Shown here: one piece after another, positions 20,404 through 30,629 of the stretch | Layout of the letters: the number at the start of each line of letters is the position of its first letter | Position numbering within the stretch: position 1 is the first letter of the stretch | Origin: Candidatus Moraniibacteriota bacterium | GTDB taxonomy: Bacteria > Patescibacteriota > Minisyncoccia > Moranbacterales > UBA11712 | DNA: 64,000 bases | NCBI GenBank assembly: GCA_043802865.1 | Contig: JAZDKQ010000023.1 | Location: 607-64,606 of the forward strand | Reading direction: 5' to 3' | Made by a program: the position numbers and the translations under genes | Notes under the pieces: generated by a model | What the model was told of the DNA's origin: nothing | Databases searched by the model: none | What the model saw: only the letters and a program-made list of their open reading frames with translations

Positions 20404-22038
20404 CTATAAATCTATTCTCCTCGAGTACGCAAGTGCTTGAAAGATAGAAGAGAAAGTTGCCAATCCCAGCCAAAACAATCCCATCAAGAGTCCCGCGTTG
20501 AAAAAATTTGGTATCAGGAGAGCCAGAAGGCTCAAAAACATAAATATATTCAAATTCTTTTCGAAATCATTCCGGATGATTGGACAGCCGATTATTTTAT
20601 TGAGCGGGCAAATGGGCGAAATTCGGCGGAAAGAATATATGAATAAATATCCGAAAATTATTGCAAAAGCAATCAGTCCCAAAATTCCGCTGCTTGCCCA
20701 AACCTGAAGAAAGATATTGCTCTCGTTCAGTCCCGCCCCTCTTTCGTCGGCTCCGAGCGCCTCGGTGATCGTTCCAAAACCGACTCCGAGGATTGGATGC
20801 TCGCGGATGATTTCGAAACTTTTTCGATAAATTTGGCTGCGAGTCATCACATTGGGGTCTTTCCGAAAAATTTCGGTGACGAATTTTCCTTGTGATTTAT
20901 AAGAATAAATTTCTTCGAGATTGATATGTCGGCAATTGAATTTGGCCAGTTCATCGGTGCTTGCAATCAATTGCGGGATATTCGCGCTGTTCTCGCACGC
21001 GATCGTGATTTTTTGTTCATTTGTCGCAGTTGATCGGGCGCGGTCGAAGATGTCGAACTTGGAAAGTTTTCCAAAATGGATCGCGATTACTGAAATTAGG
21101 GTGATTGCAAATATGATTGCTAATTGATTCAAAAACAAACGAGGGGCAAATTCAATTCGTTCTTTATTTTTTTTGTATAGATTAAAAAGCAAATAGAAAG
21201 CAATAACTGCCGCCGCACTAATCCACGCCGAGCGGGACAAAGTGAGGATGAGGAGAGTGATGTTGAGAAAGATTAATGCATAGGTTCCAGTTCGGGTGGC
21301 GCCCCCTCTCCTTGATAAGGAGAGGGCTAGGGTGAGGTTGATTGCCAGAGAAAAACACAAGAAAATCCCCAGCCAGTCGGGTTCTGTGAAGGTGGAATTC
21401 GGTCGGCCAAACATCACTTCAAATGACCGCGCGCCGAATTTGTCCGCAAAAACTTGCCAAAATCCATAGAACATAACAACCAAACTTGATCCAACAAAGA
21501 AAAAAGCAGTCTTAATAAAGTCGTTTTTATTCCGCAAAAAATTCCTGGCCAAATAATATAAAATAACAAAAGAAAACAATACCAAGCTGTTTTTGAGACT
21601 AATATTTTTAACTGGTGAGTTTATGACCGACAAGAAACTTAGCGGCACGAGCGAAAAAACCAGCCAGTCGATCCATGTGGGTTTCAGCAATTTGAAACTT
21701 AATCGTTTGGATAAATATAAAATAATCACCGCGACGGCGAGCTCCGCTCCCAGAAATTGATATGGCCGCAGTTGAAGCGGCAAAAATCCGGAAGCCAGAA
21801 TCACATTTTCCAGCGGCAAAAGCGAAACGAAAAGAAAAAATACCCATCGCGGGCGGTATAGCGCGACAAGAAGCGCCAAAATCGCGAAAAAAACAAAATC
21901 ACCCGCTCCCAGAGGTAATTTGTTCTTGCCGACAAAGACAATCAGCGCAAACCCCAACGCCACGCTGAAGATCCAGAGAAGAACAAGTTCTTTTTTTAAT
22001 AAATTTTTTATTTTCTGAAAATAATGATTAATCTCCAT
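20404..22038 (-). CDS. O-antigen ligase/Wzy-like membrane protein
   Basis: Many TMs; RPNSTF.EP, TLSRSAW, HPILGVGFG. Confidence 0.85.
   Translation of the reverse strand: MEINHYFQKIKNLLKKELVLLWIFSVALGFALIVFVGKNKLPLGAGDFVFFAILALLVALYRPRWVFFLFVSLLPLENVILASGFLPLQLRPYQFLGAELAVAVIILYLSKRLSFKLLKPTWIDWLVFSLVPLSFLSVINSPVKNISLKNSLVLFSFVILYYLARNFLRNKNDFIKTAFFFVGSSLVVMFYGFWQVFADKFGARSFEVMFGRPNSTFTEPDWLGIFLCFSLAINLTLALSLSRRGGATRTGTYALIFLNITLLILTLSRSAWISAAAVIAFYLLFNLYKKNKERIEFAPRLFLNQLAIIFAITLISVIAIHFGKLSKFDIFDRARSTATNEQKITIACENSANIPQLIASTDELAKFNCRHINLEEIYSYKSQGKFVTEIFRKDPNVMTRSQIYRKSFEIIREHPILGVGFGTITEALGADERGAGLNESNIFLQVWASSGILGLIAFAIIFGYLFIYSFRRISPICPLNKIIGCPIIRNDFEKNLNIFMFLSLLALLIPNFFNAGLLMGLFWLGLATFSSIFQALAYSRRIDL
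21302..21337 (-). repeat. CCCTCTCCTT..AAGGAGAGGG hairpin element inside ORF
   Basis: CCTCACCCTAGCCCTCTCCTTATCAAGGAGAGGG on the - strand, in frame. Confidence 0.75.
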
Positions 22039-22042
22039 TACA

Positions 22043-22372
22043 TTATTTGCCTGTAGTTTCTTCAAGAATTATTCTTTTTTCGAATCCTCCTCGATTTTTT
22101 GCTTTTTGTGCTCGGATTTCTTCGATTTGTTCTCTGCTTACACCCTTTACATCGCAAATAGCATATAAAACCTCTAGAATATCAGCGACTTCTTCGATTT
22201 TATGTCCTTCATCGCTACTTAAAAATTCTCTTACTTCTTCTTCGAGTTTTTCCTGTAATTTCTGAAAATATTCTTCATCTTCAGCAATATGTGTAGTTGA
22301 TTCCTTACCATCTCCCTGGATAATTTCAGGAATTTTATCTCTTATGAGTTTGTCGTATTTTATTTTTTTCAT
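22043..22372 (-). CDS. MazG-like nucleoside triphosphate pyrophosphohydrolase
   Basis: YDKLIRDKIPEII, KLEEE..EF, EE.ADILEV, RGGF.KRI.L. Confidence 0.88.
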   Translation of the reverse strand: MKKIKYDKLIRDKIPEIIQGDGKESTTHIAEDEEYFQKLQEKLEEEVREFLSSDEGHKIEEVADILEVLYAICDVKGVSREQIEEIRAQKAKNRGGFEKRIILEETTGK

Positions 22373-22376
22373 AAAT

Positions 22377-23504
22377 TTATTTCTCAAAAAAAACTTTCAC
22401 AAAGCTTTCCCAGCTGAATTTTTTGGCTCGCTCTCTTCCCTTTTCGGCGAGTCGGAGTTTCAATTTGTTGTTTCGCAAGACTTTTCCCATCACTCTGGCC
22501 ATTTCGTCTGTATCATACGGATTGAAATACAGCACCGCGTCGCCGCCGACTTTGGGAAGTGAGGAGGTCTTCGAAACGGCCGTTGGCGTTCCGCTGGCCA
22601 TCGCTTCAAGCGGCATCAGCCCAAAGCCTTCATAAAACGAAGGCAGGATATATAATTCGCAATTCCGATATAGCGCCGGCAAGTCTTTTTGTTTCACAAA
22701 ACCGATCAATTTCACCTTGTCCGCTAGGCCGAATTTTTCAATTTCCGCTTTCACGTCGGTGAACAGATGACTGAAGTGAGATTTGTCCTCTCCTCCAAGC
22801 ACCAAGTTTATGTCATTGACCTCATAATTTCCCGAAAGTTTCGCAAAAGCCTCAAGAAGACCCGGAATATTTTTTCGCGCGTCAAATCCGCCGATATAGA
22901 AAATATATCGCCCAAAAACGCCGTACTTATCGAGAACCTTGTTGTCCTTGTCGCTCGTCGATTTTTCAAAAAACTCTTCTCCGACGCTTGGATAAGCCGT
23001 CTTTATCTTAACGCTTGAAATTTTCAAATACTTGTGGATGTCTTTTTTTGACCACTCGGAAACAGTGACGATCTCATCGGCGTGTTGAATGGCCTTGCAA
23101 GAAATATGGAAGTATAATTTTTTTCTCCAGTTGTCGAGATACTCCGGGAAAATTTTCGGAATGAGATCATGAACGAGCATTTTGTGATTGACGCTTTCAG
23201 GCAAAAAAGTCGGGCATTGATAGAGGGAAATGAATATTTCGCATTTGTCATGACGCGCTTTTTTGGGAAGCAGAAATTTTTCCCACCAGATTTTCCGGAT
23301 CAGATCGTCGCGCTTCCAAGGGGGCAAAAATATTCTTTTGTGAAAATTTTTCGGCAACTTGAGGTCGATATCCTTTTCCAAATACAAAAAATACTCATTT
23401 TCACTTGAATGAGATTTGATGATTTCATTGACAAATCCGCGCGAAACTTGCCCAATTCCGGTGTCAGGCTTTCGCAAAAAAGAAGCATTTATACCGATTT
23501 TCAT
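22377..23504 (-). CDS. GT4 glycosyltransferase
   Basis: VHDLIP, GGFDARKN, PSFYEGFGLMPLEAMASG. Confidence 0.95.
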   Translation of the reverse strand: MKIGINASFLRKPDTGIGQVSRGFVNEIIKSHSSENEYFLYLEKDIDLKLPKNFHKRIFLPPWKRDDLIRKIWWEKFLLPKKARHDKCEIFISLYQCPTFLPESVNHKMLVHDLIPKIFPEYLDNWRKKLYFHISCKAIQHADEIVTVSEWSKKDIHKYLKISSVKIKTAYPSVGEEFFEKSTSDKDNKVLDKYGVFGRYIFYIGGFDARKNIPGLLEAFAKLSGNYEVNDINLVLGGEDKSHFSHLFTDVKAEIEKFGLADKVKLIGFVKQKDLPALYRNCELYILPSFYEGFGLMPLEAMASGTPTAVSKTSSLPKVGGDAVLYFNPYDTDEMARVMGKVLRNNKLKLRLAEKGRERAKKFSWESFVKVFFEK

Positions 23505-23606
23505 ATAGTTATAAGGTACAACAAAAAAGGCAATTTTGCAATACTTGAAGCTGGATTTATTTCGGCATATATGCTATGCTAATGTTCAGTTGGAGCTTAA
23601 CTTTTT

Positions 23607-23636
23607 TCAGCCCGAGGCTGATCCGCCTTGGGCGGA
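23607..23636. mobile_element. 30-bp double-hairpin element (intergenic copy)
   Basis: TCAGCC-CGA-GGCTGA-TCCGCC-TTG-GGCGGA. Confidence 0.85.
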
Positions 23637-23660
23637 AGACCTAACTTTTTAAAATATATT

Positions 23661-24611
23661 ATGCGTTTAATTGTCAACATTCCGGCCTATAACGAAGAAA
23701 AAACAATCGCCGGAGTCATCCAAAACATTCCCCGTCAGATTGCGGGAATTGACGAGGTGAAAGTACAGGTCATTGACGACGGGTCGTCCGACAAGACGGT
23801 CGAAGTGTCAAAAAATGCCGGTGCGGATTTCATCGTGAGCCATCCAAGAAATATGGGTCTCGGGGTCGGGTTCAGAACGGCGATTGAGTCGGCTCTTGAA
23901 AACGGCGCGGATATCATGGTGAATATTGATGCTGATGGCCAATTTCCGGCCGGCGATATTCCAAAATTCACGGAGCTGATCGTTGAGGGCAAAGCGGATA
24001 TGGTCGTGGCTTCCCGTTTTGGGATCAAATCGGCCAAGAATATGCCGTGGATAAAAAGTTTCCTCAATCGCTTCGCAGCCAACATCATCGGAAAGTTTTT
24101 GCGCCATCCGATCGACGATCTCACTTGCGGTTTTCGGGCGCTTTCCCGCGAAACGATGCTGCGGCTCAATTTGGCCTATCGCTTCACCTATACCCAGGAA
24201 ACGATCATTGATGCTATTTCCAAAAATCTTGTCGTCAAGTGGATTCCGGTTGAAGTGACATATTTCGACGATCGAAAATCAAAAGTCGTGAAAAGCATAT
24301 CGAAATTTGTCTATCAATCATTTCTCATCATCATTCGTACTGTCCGGGACGCGCGACCGATGGTTTTTTTCGGGATTCCGGGCGTTGTTTTTATTACAAG
24401 CGCCGGTGCCATCGGAATTGCGTTTCTGGGCTACTATTTCTCCCATTTCAAAGTTTCTCCCTTCCGCACGTGGCTTTCTTTGGCCGTGATATTGCTTTTG
24501 GTCGGCGTCCAGCTTCTTGTTTTCGCGCTCATTGCCGATATGATCCGCAACAACCGGAAACTCACTGAAGAACAGATGTATTTCTTGAAAAAAGAAAAGT
24601 ACAAGAAATGA
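23661..24611 (+). CDS. GT2 polyprenol-phosphate glycosyltransferase-like protein with two C-terminal TMs
   Basis: IPAYNEE, IDDGSSD, IDADGQ, DLTCGFRA. Confidence 0.9.
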   Translation: MRLIVNIPAYNEEKTIAGVIQNIPRQIAGIDEVKVQVIDDGSSDKTVEVSKNAGADFIVSHPRNMGLGVGFRTAIESALENGADIMVNIDADGQFPAGDIPKFTELIVEGKADMVVASRFGIKSAKNMPWIKSFLNRFAANIIGKFLRHPIDDLTCGFRALSRETMLRLNLAYRFTYTQETIIDAISKNLVVKWIPVEVTYFDDRKSKVVKSISKFVYQSFLIIIRTVRDARPMVFFGIPGVVFITSAGAIGIAFLGYYFSHFKVSPFRTWLSLAVILLLVGVQLLVFALIADMIRNNRKLTEEQMYFLKKEKYKK

Positions 24612-25714
24612 AAATTCTTTTTATATCTCATTCCTATCCTCCGATTTGGGGCGGAGTGGAAAGCCAGAACTTCAATCTTGCCGAAAATCTCAAGAAGGTC
24701 GCGGAAGTGAAAGTGATCGCCAACGGCAAGGGCAAAAAATATTTGCCGATTTTTTTGCCGATGACGCTTTTGCGAATGCTTTTTTTGATGCCGAAATTCG
24801 ATGTGTGTCTTCTGGGAAACGGCGTGCTTGCTCCTTGGGGCGTCATTGCGAAATTGTTTCATCCGTGGAAGAAACAATTTTGCGTCGTTCATGGGTTGGA
24901 TATCACTTTTGCAAACAAGAAGGGTTTTTTGTCAAAAGTTTATAAAAGTATCAACATTCCATCACTCAAAAAGCTCGACAAGCTGCTGATGGTTGGCAAT
25001 ACGACCATCGAAGAGGCGGTCAAAGCCGGAATAAGGCGGGAACATTGCGTTTTTGTGCCAAATGGGATAAACCCCAATGAATTTGCCGAGAAACACAGCC
25101 GCGGAGAGATGGCGAAAGTGCTGGACGCCGATATCGAAAACAAAAAAATAATTTTTCGACTGGGAAGATTTGTTTCGCACAAAGGAACGAGTTGGTTTAT
25201 TGATAATGTAATGCCAAAACTTCCGGAAAATGTCATAATGGTTGCGGCAGGTGGAAGAATCGGAAAGCGCGTCGCCGGCGACAAAGATGATTTTCTGGTT
25301 TGCGAAAAGATCATCAAAGAAAAAAATCTCGGCAGCCGTGTCCGTCTTTTTCCGAACATTGCCGAAAAACAAAAGAAAATTTTGCTGGGTACGGCTGATC
25401 TTGTGGTTTCGCCAAACATAAAAGTTCCGGGAACAATGGAAGGTTTCGGCATAAACGTGATCGAGGCAAGTGCTTGCGAAAGAATGGTCGTCGCTTCTGC
25501 GCTTGAAGGTCTCAAGGACGCAGTGAAAGACGGCGAGAACGGATTTTTGGTCGAGAGTGGGAATTCGGAAGCTTGGATTCAAAAAATCAAAGAACTATTG
25601 CTTTTGAGTGATGAAACGCGAAAAAAATTTGGTGAAAAAGCAAGAAAATATACGATTGAAAATTTCAGCTGGGACAAAGTAGCAAAAAGATATTTGGAGG
25701 AAATGAAAAAATAA
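24608..25714 (+). CDS. GT4 glycosyltransferase
   Basis: GGVE, HGLD, GRF..HKG, EGFGINVIEA. Confidence 0.93.
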   Translation: MKILFISHSYPPIWGGVESQNFNLAENLKKVAEVKVIANGKGKKYLPIFLPMTLLRMLFLMPKFDVCLLGNGVLAPWGVIAKLFHPWKKQFCVVHGLDITFANKKGFLSKVYKSINIPSLKKLDKLLMVGNTTIEEAVKAGIRREHCVFVPNGINPNEFAEKHSRGEMAKVLDADIENKKIIFRLGRFVSHKGTSWFIDNVMPKLPENVIMVAAGGRIGKRVAGDKDDFLVCEKIIKEKNLGSRVRLFPNIAEKQKKILLGTADLVVSPNIKVPGTMEGFGINVIEASACERMVVASALEGLKDAVKDGENGFLVESGNSEAWIQKIKELLLLSDETRKKFGEKARKYTIENFSWDKVAKRYLEEMKK

Positions 25715-25717
25715 TTT

Positions 25718-27643
25718 ATGGTCATCGATCTCCTAAAATTGATTCTCACAATCCCCTTTCTCCTTGTTTTGCCGGGGTTCTTTTTCCAATTGGCTGTTTT
25801 CGGCATGAAAAGCAGAAAAATATCTTTTTTTGAAAAAGCGGTCTTGACCGTTCCATTCAGCCTGATTGCCGTCAACTTGATCATTTTGCTTCTGGACAAG
25901 TTGAATATTCTGCTGAAAGGCCCGGTGATCGTCGGGGCTGTGCTGATATTTTGTGCTGTGTGTTTCGCGGTTTTTCAATTTCGATTCGGAAAGAAAAAAA
26001 ACAAAGAGGATGGCGTGGAGCCTGAAAAAATATTTAATTTTTCCACTTGGCAGACGATTTTCATTCTTCTTGCAATCGTTCTGGCGATTTTCATCCGCAC
26101 AGCCTATCTCTCCGATACGATCGTCCCCTCTTCAACCGATCTGGGACATCATATGTATTGGTCCCAGATGATCATCAATTCTGGACATCTTCCCGAATAT
26201 GGAATGCCGGACTTCATCATCGGTGAACATATCGTTTTTTCCGCGGTGAATCTTGTGAGCGGGGCGGGATTGATGTCGGCGATGCCGGCGCTTCTCCTTT
26301 TTCTTTTCAACATCACAGGAATTTTCACCATCGCGATCCTGCTTGGTCGGATATTTGAAAACAAAAAGATCGTCGCTGTTTCTTTTTTCGTCGCCGGATC
26401 TTTGTACGCAATAAACGCGCCGCAAGGGCGATATGTGAGCGGCGGAGTCATTGGAAATATCATTGGCGATATGCTGATTCCCGTGGCGCTATATTTTCTC
26501 TATCGTGCTCTCACCGAAAAAGATCAAATTTTTGCCGGCCTATTCCTCTTTTCATTCGCGGGACTGCTTTATACCCATCATTTGAGTGCGTTTATTTTTA
26601 TTTTTTCAATTGTTGCTATCATAGCTCTGTATCTGATATTGAACTTCAGAAATATCTTCAAGATTGCCGGAGATTGGCTGAAAGTGTTTTTGAAGCCGTT
26701 TCCTCTCGCGATTTTGCTGCTGGTCGCCTTCTTTTTTCTGTTTGTTTTCACACCGTCATATTTCAATTCAGCTGCGGTGAGTCAAGCCACGGGTACGCCC
26801 ACGAAGATCACGCGAGTTGGCTTGAGTTTGAGTCAAATTGAGAGAGGCATCGGAAGCGCCCAATTGTTTTTGGCCGGACTCGGGTTTCTTTTGGTCCTTC
26901 TTGAACTGTTTAGAGAAAAAGAATGGTCCGCCCGAGGCGGATCTCAGCCAAAGGCTGACCAGCCTCTGGCCGGCGCCGAAAAATTTGGCGGAAAATATTC
27001 CGTCGCACTTAGCTGGATTTTGATCCTTTTTGTCATGACATGGAAGCCGGCACTTCTGGATGTGAATATTCCCAGCGACCGGATAAGTAATTATTTGTTT
27101 TTGCCGATCGCTCTTCTCTCCGCCTACGGCTTGGTGCGATATTTTGAAATTTTTGGCGCGGCAGCCTCCCGCTTCTCTTCGGCTGTTTTGCTTTTCACGC
27201 TCCTGTTTTTCGTCATCACGAACGGACTTTCGGACAGCGCGGACGCCTTCAAGACAAAAAACCAATTTCAGCAAGCGGTGCAAACTTTTCACTCGGCCGA
27301 GTATCTGGCGTCAACAGTGGACACAAACAAAGATATAATTTTGAAAGACCATGTGAACATATACGGAGATTCGTGGTACAAATTGTTTTTTATGAAAGAT
27401 TATAAATATCCCCTCTCTCGAGGAGTTCTCACGCGATATGTTGATCCGACAAAAACGCGCGAAACTTGTACGCGGGACATGATCTCTTTTCCGGAAAGCG
27501 ATACCGCGAAGGAATGTTTTGCCGATACGGGCGTGAACTACGTCGCCGTGAATTCCCAGATCGAAGGCAATAGTTTTGAAAAATACCCGGATTTCTCAAA
27601 AGTCTACGGCTCGGATTATATTTCTATTTTTAGAAGAGATTAA
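25718..27643 (+). CDS. multi-pass membrane protein, probable GT-C-fold glycosyltransferase
   Basis: Many TMs; loop motif STDLGHH, later YTHHLS; soluble C-terminal domain. Confidence 0.6.
   Translation: MVIDLLKLILTIPFLLVLPGFFFQLAVFGMKSRKISFFEKAVLTVPFSLIAVNLIILLLDKLNILLKGPVIVGAVLIFCAVCFAVFQFRFGKKKNKEDGVEPEKIFNFSTWQTIFILLAIVLAIFIRTAYLSDTIVPSSTDLGHHMYWSQMIINSGHLPEYGMPDFIIGEHIVFSAVNLVSGAGLMSAMPALLLFLFNITGIFTIAILLGRIFENKKIVAVSFFVAGSLYAINAPQGRYVSGGVIGNIIGDMLIPVALYFLYRALTEKDQIFAGLFLFSFAGLLYTHHLSAFIFIFSIVAIIALYLILNFRNIFKIAGDWLKVFLKPFPLAILLLVAFFFLFVFTPSYFNSAAVSQATGTPTKITRVGLSLSQIERGIGSAQLFLAGLGFLLVLLELFREKEWSARGGSQPKADQPLAGAEKFGGKYSVALSWILILFVMTWKPALLDVNIPSDRISNYLFLPIALLSAYGLVRYFEIFGAAASRFSSAVLLFTLLFFVITNGLSDSADAFKTKNQFQQAVQTFHSAEYLASTVDTNKDIILKDHVNIYGDSWYKLFFMKDYKYPLSRGVLTRYVDPTKTRETCTRDMISFPESDTAKECFADTGVNYVAVNSQIEGNSFEKYPDFSKVYGSDYISIFRRD
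26927..26992. mobile_element. nested double-hairpin elements (30-bp copy 26944-26973 inside another copy), in frame
   Basis: TCCGCC-CGA-GGCGGA-TC[TCAGCCAAAGGCTGACCAGCCTCTGGCCGG]CGCC..GGCGGA; 66 bp. Confidence 0.85.
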
Positions 27644-27648
27644 AAACT

Positions 27649-28020
27649 ATGTCATCAAAAATAATCATCATCGCTACGGTCGTGCTTCTCATCGTGAGCT
27701 TCTCGGTGCTTTTTGTCATTGAAGCCAAAAATCACGATTACGATTACAAAAAAGCATGGAGCGTCGTGTATTTTGAAAATCCGCGGAACAATTCGCTCGA
27801 TTTCGCGGTTGAAAACCATGAAGGCGAAAAATCAGAATACGGCTACAAAATTTTTGTTGGTGACGACAAAGTGATCGATGAAAAGGTTGAGATTGAAGCC
27901 GGCGCCAAACAAAAAATCTTACCGGTGATCCCGAGCGAGAAATTGAAAGGAAACAAGATTTTGATTGACGTCAGCTACAAAGATACGGATTATAAGATAT
28001 ATAAAAGTTTGGGGAAATGA
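27649..28020 (+). CDS. small membrane-anchored beta-rich protein
   Basis: N-terminal TM; coupled within the operon. Confidence 0.7.
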   Translation: MSSKIIIIATVVLLIVSFSVLFVIEAKNHDYDYKKAWSVVYFENPRNNSLDFAVENHEGEKSEYGYKIFVGDDKVIDEKVEIEAGAKQKILPVIPSEKLKGNKILIDVSYKDTDYKIYKSLGK

Positions 28021-29153
28021 AAAAGATATTATTATTGACTCGGCCGATTTGTTCCCCGTGGGATGAAGGGTCGAAAAATTTTGCCTATACCCTTGCCAAA
28101 TACGCGAGTGATTTTGAAATTCATATATTAACATGCGGATCTTTAGCGGATTTGGCGGATAATATTGTTCAACATCAGATTTATACATCGCCGAAACTGG
28201 ATTTTTCTCAAAAATTCAGATTATTTAAGTTTCTTAAAAAGGCTAATGATTTTGATATCATTCATTCCCTTTTTACTCCGACAAAACTAAATTCTTTTTT
28301 TATCAAGTTTGCGTTGAAGAGTAAAAAAGCAAAATTTATTCAAACTGTTGCTACTTTGCGCGAAGATTTGTATAGCGAGGGAGATTTCAAGAAAATATTA
28401 TTCGGTGATCAGATCATCACCTATTCCGATTATGCCAAAGAAAAACTGGAGAAAATGGGTTTTGATAAAATAAAAAGAATTTATCCTGGGATTGACATTG
28501 AAAAATACTCTCCTTCTCCAAAAAATCAGGAACTCATGAAAAAACTCGAAACGAGTGAGGATGATTTTGTCATCAATTATGCCGGCGAGTATGTGCGGCT
28601 TGGGGATATGGATGATATTATCGAGACGTTTATCGGACTCGTAGAAACGCGATTAATCGCGTCTCTACAGGGAGAAATTAAAAAGAATTTCAAACTACAT
28701 CTCGCCGTGCGGGTGAAGAATGAAAAAGACGCAAATAAGAAAAAAGAAATTATTAAAAAATTAGAAAGAGAAAATATCCTGGACAGGGTGGCTTTTATTG
28801 ACGACGGCAGTTATGAGATGCAAGATATCTTTAATCTCTGTGATATTTCCATTTTCCCCGCGCGCACAATGGCCGGGAAATTTGATATTCCCCTGGCTGT
28901 CATCGAGGCGATGGCTTGCGGAAAGCCGGTGGTCGCGAGCAATCTTGAAAGGATTAAATATTTTCTCAGCAATGAAAATAGCATCCTGATCGCGCCCGGA
29001 AACCGTGAAGTCCTCAAAGAGAATATTTTGTATCTATATAATAATCCAGAAAAACGATACGATTTGGCAAAAAAAGCGATAAGGTTCGTTCGGGAAAACT
29101 TTGATATAATGAAAGTGGTGAAGGAGTATGAAGAAGTTTATGAAAAACTATGA
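28017..29153 (+). CDS. GT4 glycosyltransferase (divergent)
   Basis: IYPGID, DIPLAVIEAMACGKPVVAS. Confidence 0.88.
   Translation: MKKILLLTRPICSPWDEGSKNFAYTLAKYASDFEIHILTCGSLADLADNIVQHQIYTSPKLDFSQKFRLFKFLKKANDFDIIHSLFTPTKLNSFFIKFALKSKKAKFIQTVATLREDLYSEGDFKKILFGDQIITYSDYAKEKLEKMGFDKIKRIYPGIDIEKYSPSPKNQELMKKLETSEDDFVINYAGEYVRLGDMDDIIETFIGLVETRLIASLQGEIKKNFKLHLAVRVKNEKDANKKKEIIKKLERENILDRVAFIDDGSYEMQDIFNLCDISIFPARTMAGKFDIPLAVIEAMACGKPVVASNLERIKYFLSNENSILIAPGNREVLKENILYLYNNPEKRYDLAKKAIRFVRENFDIMKVVKEYEEVYEKL
28641..28668. repeat. REP-like palindrome in frame in GT4
   Basis: GTAGAAACGCGATTAATCGCGTCTCTAC; encodes VETRLIASL. Confidence 0.88.
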
Positions 29154-30625
29154 ACATTGAATCTCTATTCGCTCACAAAAAGAAATTTCAAACGGACAAA
29201 ATGAAAGTCCCGGCGATTTTGCATTGCTCGGACAATCTTTTGCCGAACGAAAAAACTCTCGCGCAGCTTGAAAATACCGCTTCGCAAGAACATGTTTTTC
29301 ACCACATTGCGGCGCTTTCGGATGTTCACGACAAAAAAGGCCGCAAAAATCCGACCGGGACAGTTGTCGCGAGCGAAAATTTTCTTTTGCCGCAGATCAA
29401 CGACACGGCGCCAAACTGCGGAATGCGGTTTTTGAAAACGAATCTAACAGACGCTGATTTGGCTCCGGAAAATATCAACAAATTATTCAACGCCCTTTTG
29501 AAGCCGGTTCCGACAAAAGCCTACGTCGGATCGAAAATTCCATATTCTCTTGTCGTGGATATATGCCGGCACGGACTTAAGCCGGTGACGGAATATTTCA
29601 AGACGCGAACAAAAAATGAGATCAAAAATACTTTCAAGGGCGGAAATTTTTTTTCCGCCGAAGGCGGATCCGCCTCTGGCGGAGACATACCCAGCAAACA
29701 AGATATCACTGACGCTATTCCCCAGTTGTTTTTGTGGATTGGAAAATTTCGTCTCGGAATTCTTGGAGCGGCAGGAAATCATTTTTTGGATCTCATGAAG
29801 ATATCCGAAATAAAAGATCCTGAAATGGCAGAAAAATTTGGGATCAAAAAAGGACAATATATTTTTATGATGCACACTGGATCAGGACTTTTGGGACAGT
29901 ATGCATCGTACCTGTATACTCCAAAGAAAAAAGAACATACAAGCCAGCGCATTGTGCTTGAACTTGGGAAACTGACATGGCGATCCGGAAAGAAAGATAC
30001 CTACAAGAAAATTGCGAAGAAAATCGCCGAGTATAAAGATAAAGACGAATTTTTCGCCTATGACGCGGAATCCCCCGAAGGAAAAATGTTTTTGACGGCG
30101 CATCAAGCAGCGGGCAATCAAGGATTTGCCAATCGCTGCATTCTCACTCACAATCTTGATCAGACAATTGAAAAAGTTTTGGGAAAAAATCCCGAGCTAG
30201 AACTCCTTTATGACGCGCCGCATATTTTTGTGAATCGCGAAAACCATTTTGGAAAGGATGTTTGGGTGCATCGCAACGGCGCTGTCCGGGCGATTGCCGG
30301 AGAACCCGTTTTCATTCCGTCTTCTATGTCAACTCCTGCCTATCTGGCTGTTGGCACTGATCAGAATGAATCAACATTTTTTTCTGCCGCTCACGGCACC
30401 GGACGACGAAAAAATCCCGAAAGCAACAAAGCCGGGACAAAGGACGAATTGTTCGCGAAAATGCAGCAGCGAAAAGTAAAATTGTTCAACGCCAAATCAA
30501 AAGGTGTGGTTTTTCAGGATTCAGGATATTATAAGGATGTTGAAGAAGTGATCGCCGGAATGGAAGAAAACAAAATCGTGAAACCGGTGGCGAAAATGGA
30601 ACCAATTGCCGTTTTAATGTACTAA
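29150..30625 (+). CDS. rtcB: divergent RtcB-family protein
   Basis: DVH, NCGMR, GNHFLD, MHTGS, YDAPH, VHRNGA, SAAHGTGR, YKDVEEVI. Confidence 0.85.
   Translation: MNIESLFAHKKKFQTDKMKVPAILHCSDNLLPNEKTLAQLENTASQEHVFHHIAALSDVHDKKGRKNPTGTVVASENFLLPQINDTAPNCGMRFLKTNLTDADLAPENINKLFNALLKPVPTKAYVGSKIPYSLVVDICRHGLKPVTEYFKTRTKNEIKNTFKGGNFFSAEGGSASGGDIPSKQDITDAIPQLFLWIGKFRLGILGAAGNHFLDLMKISEIKDPEMAEKFGIKKGQYIFMMHTGSGLLGQYASYLYTPKKKEHTSQRIVLELGKLTWRSGKKDTYKKIAKKIAEYKDKDEFFAYDAESPEGKMFLTAHQAAGNQGFANRCILTHNLDQTIEKVLGKNPELELLYDAPHIFVNRENHFGKDVWVHRNGAVRAIAGEPVFIPSSMSTPAYLAVGTDQNESTFFSAAHGTGRRKNPESNKAGTKDELFAKMQQRKVKLFNAKSKGVVFQDSGYYKDVEEVIAGMEENKIVKPVAKMEPIAVLMY
29654..29683. mobile_element. 30-bp double-hairpin element, in frame in RtcB
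   Basis: TCCGCC-GAA-GGCGGA-TCCGCC-TCT-GGCGGA = SAEGGSASGG. Confidence 0.9.
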
Positions 30626-30629
30626 AAAA

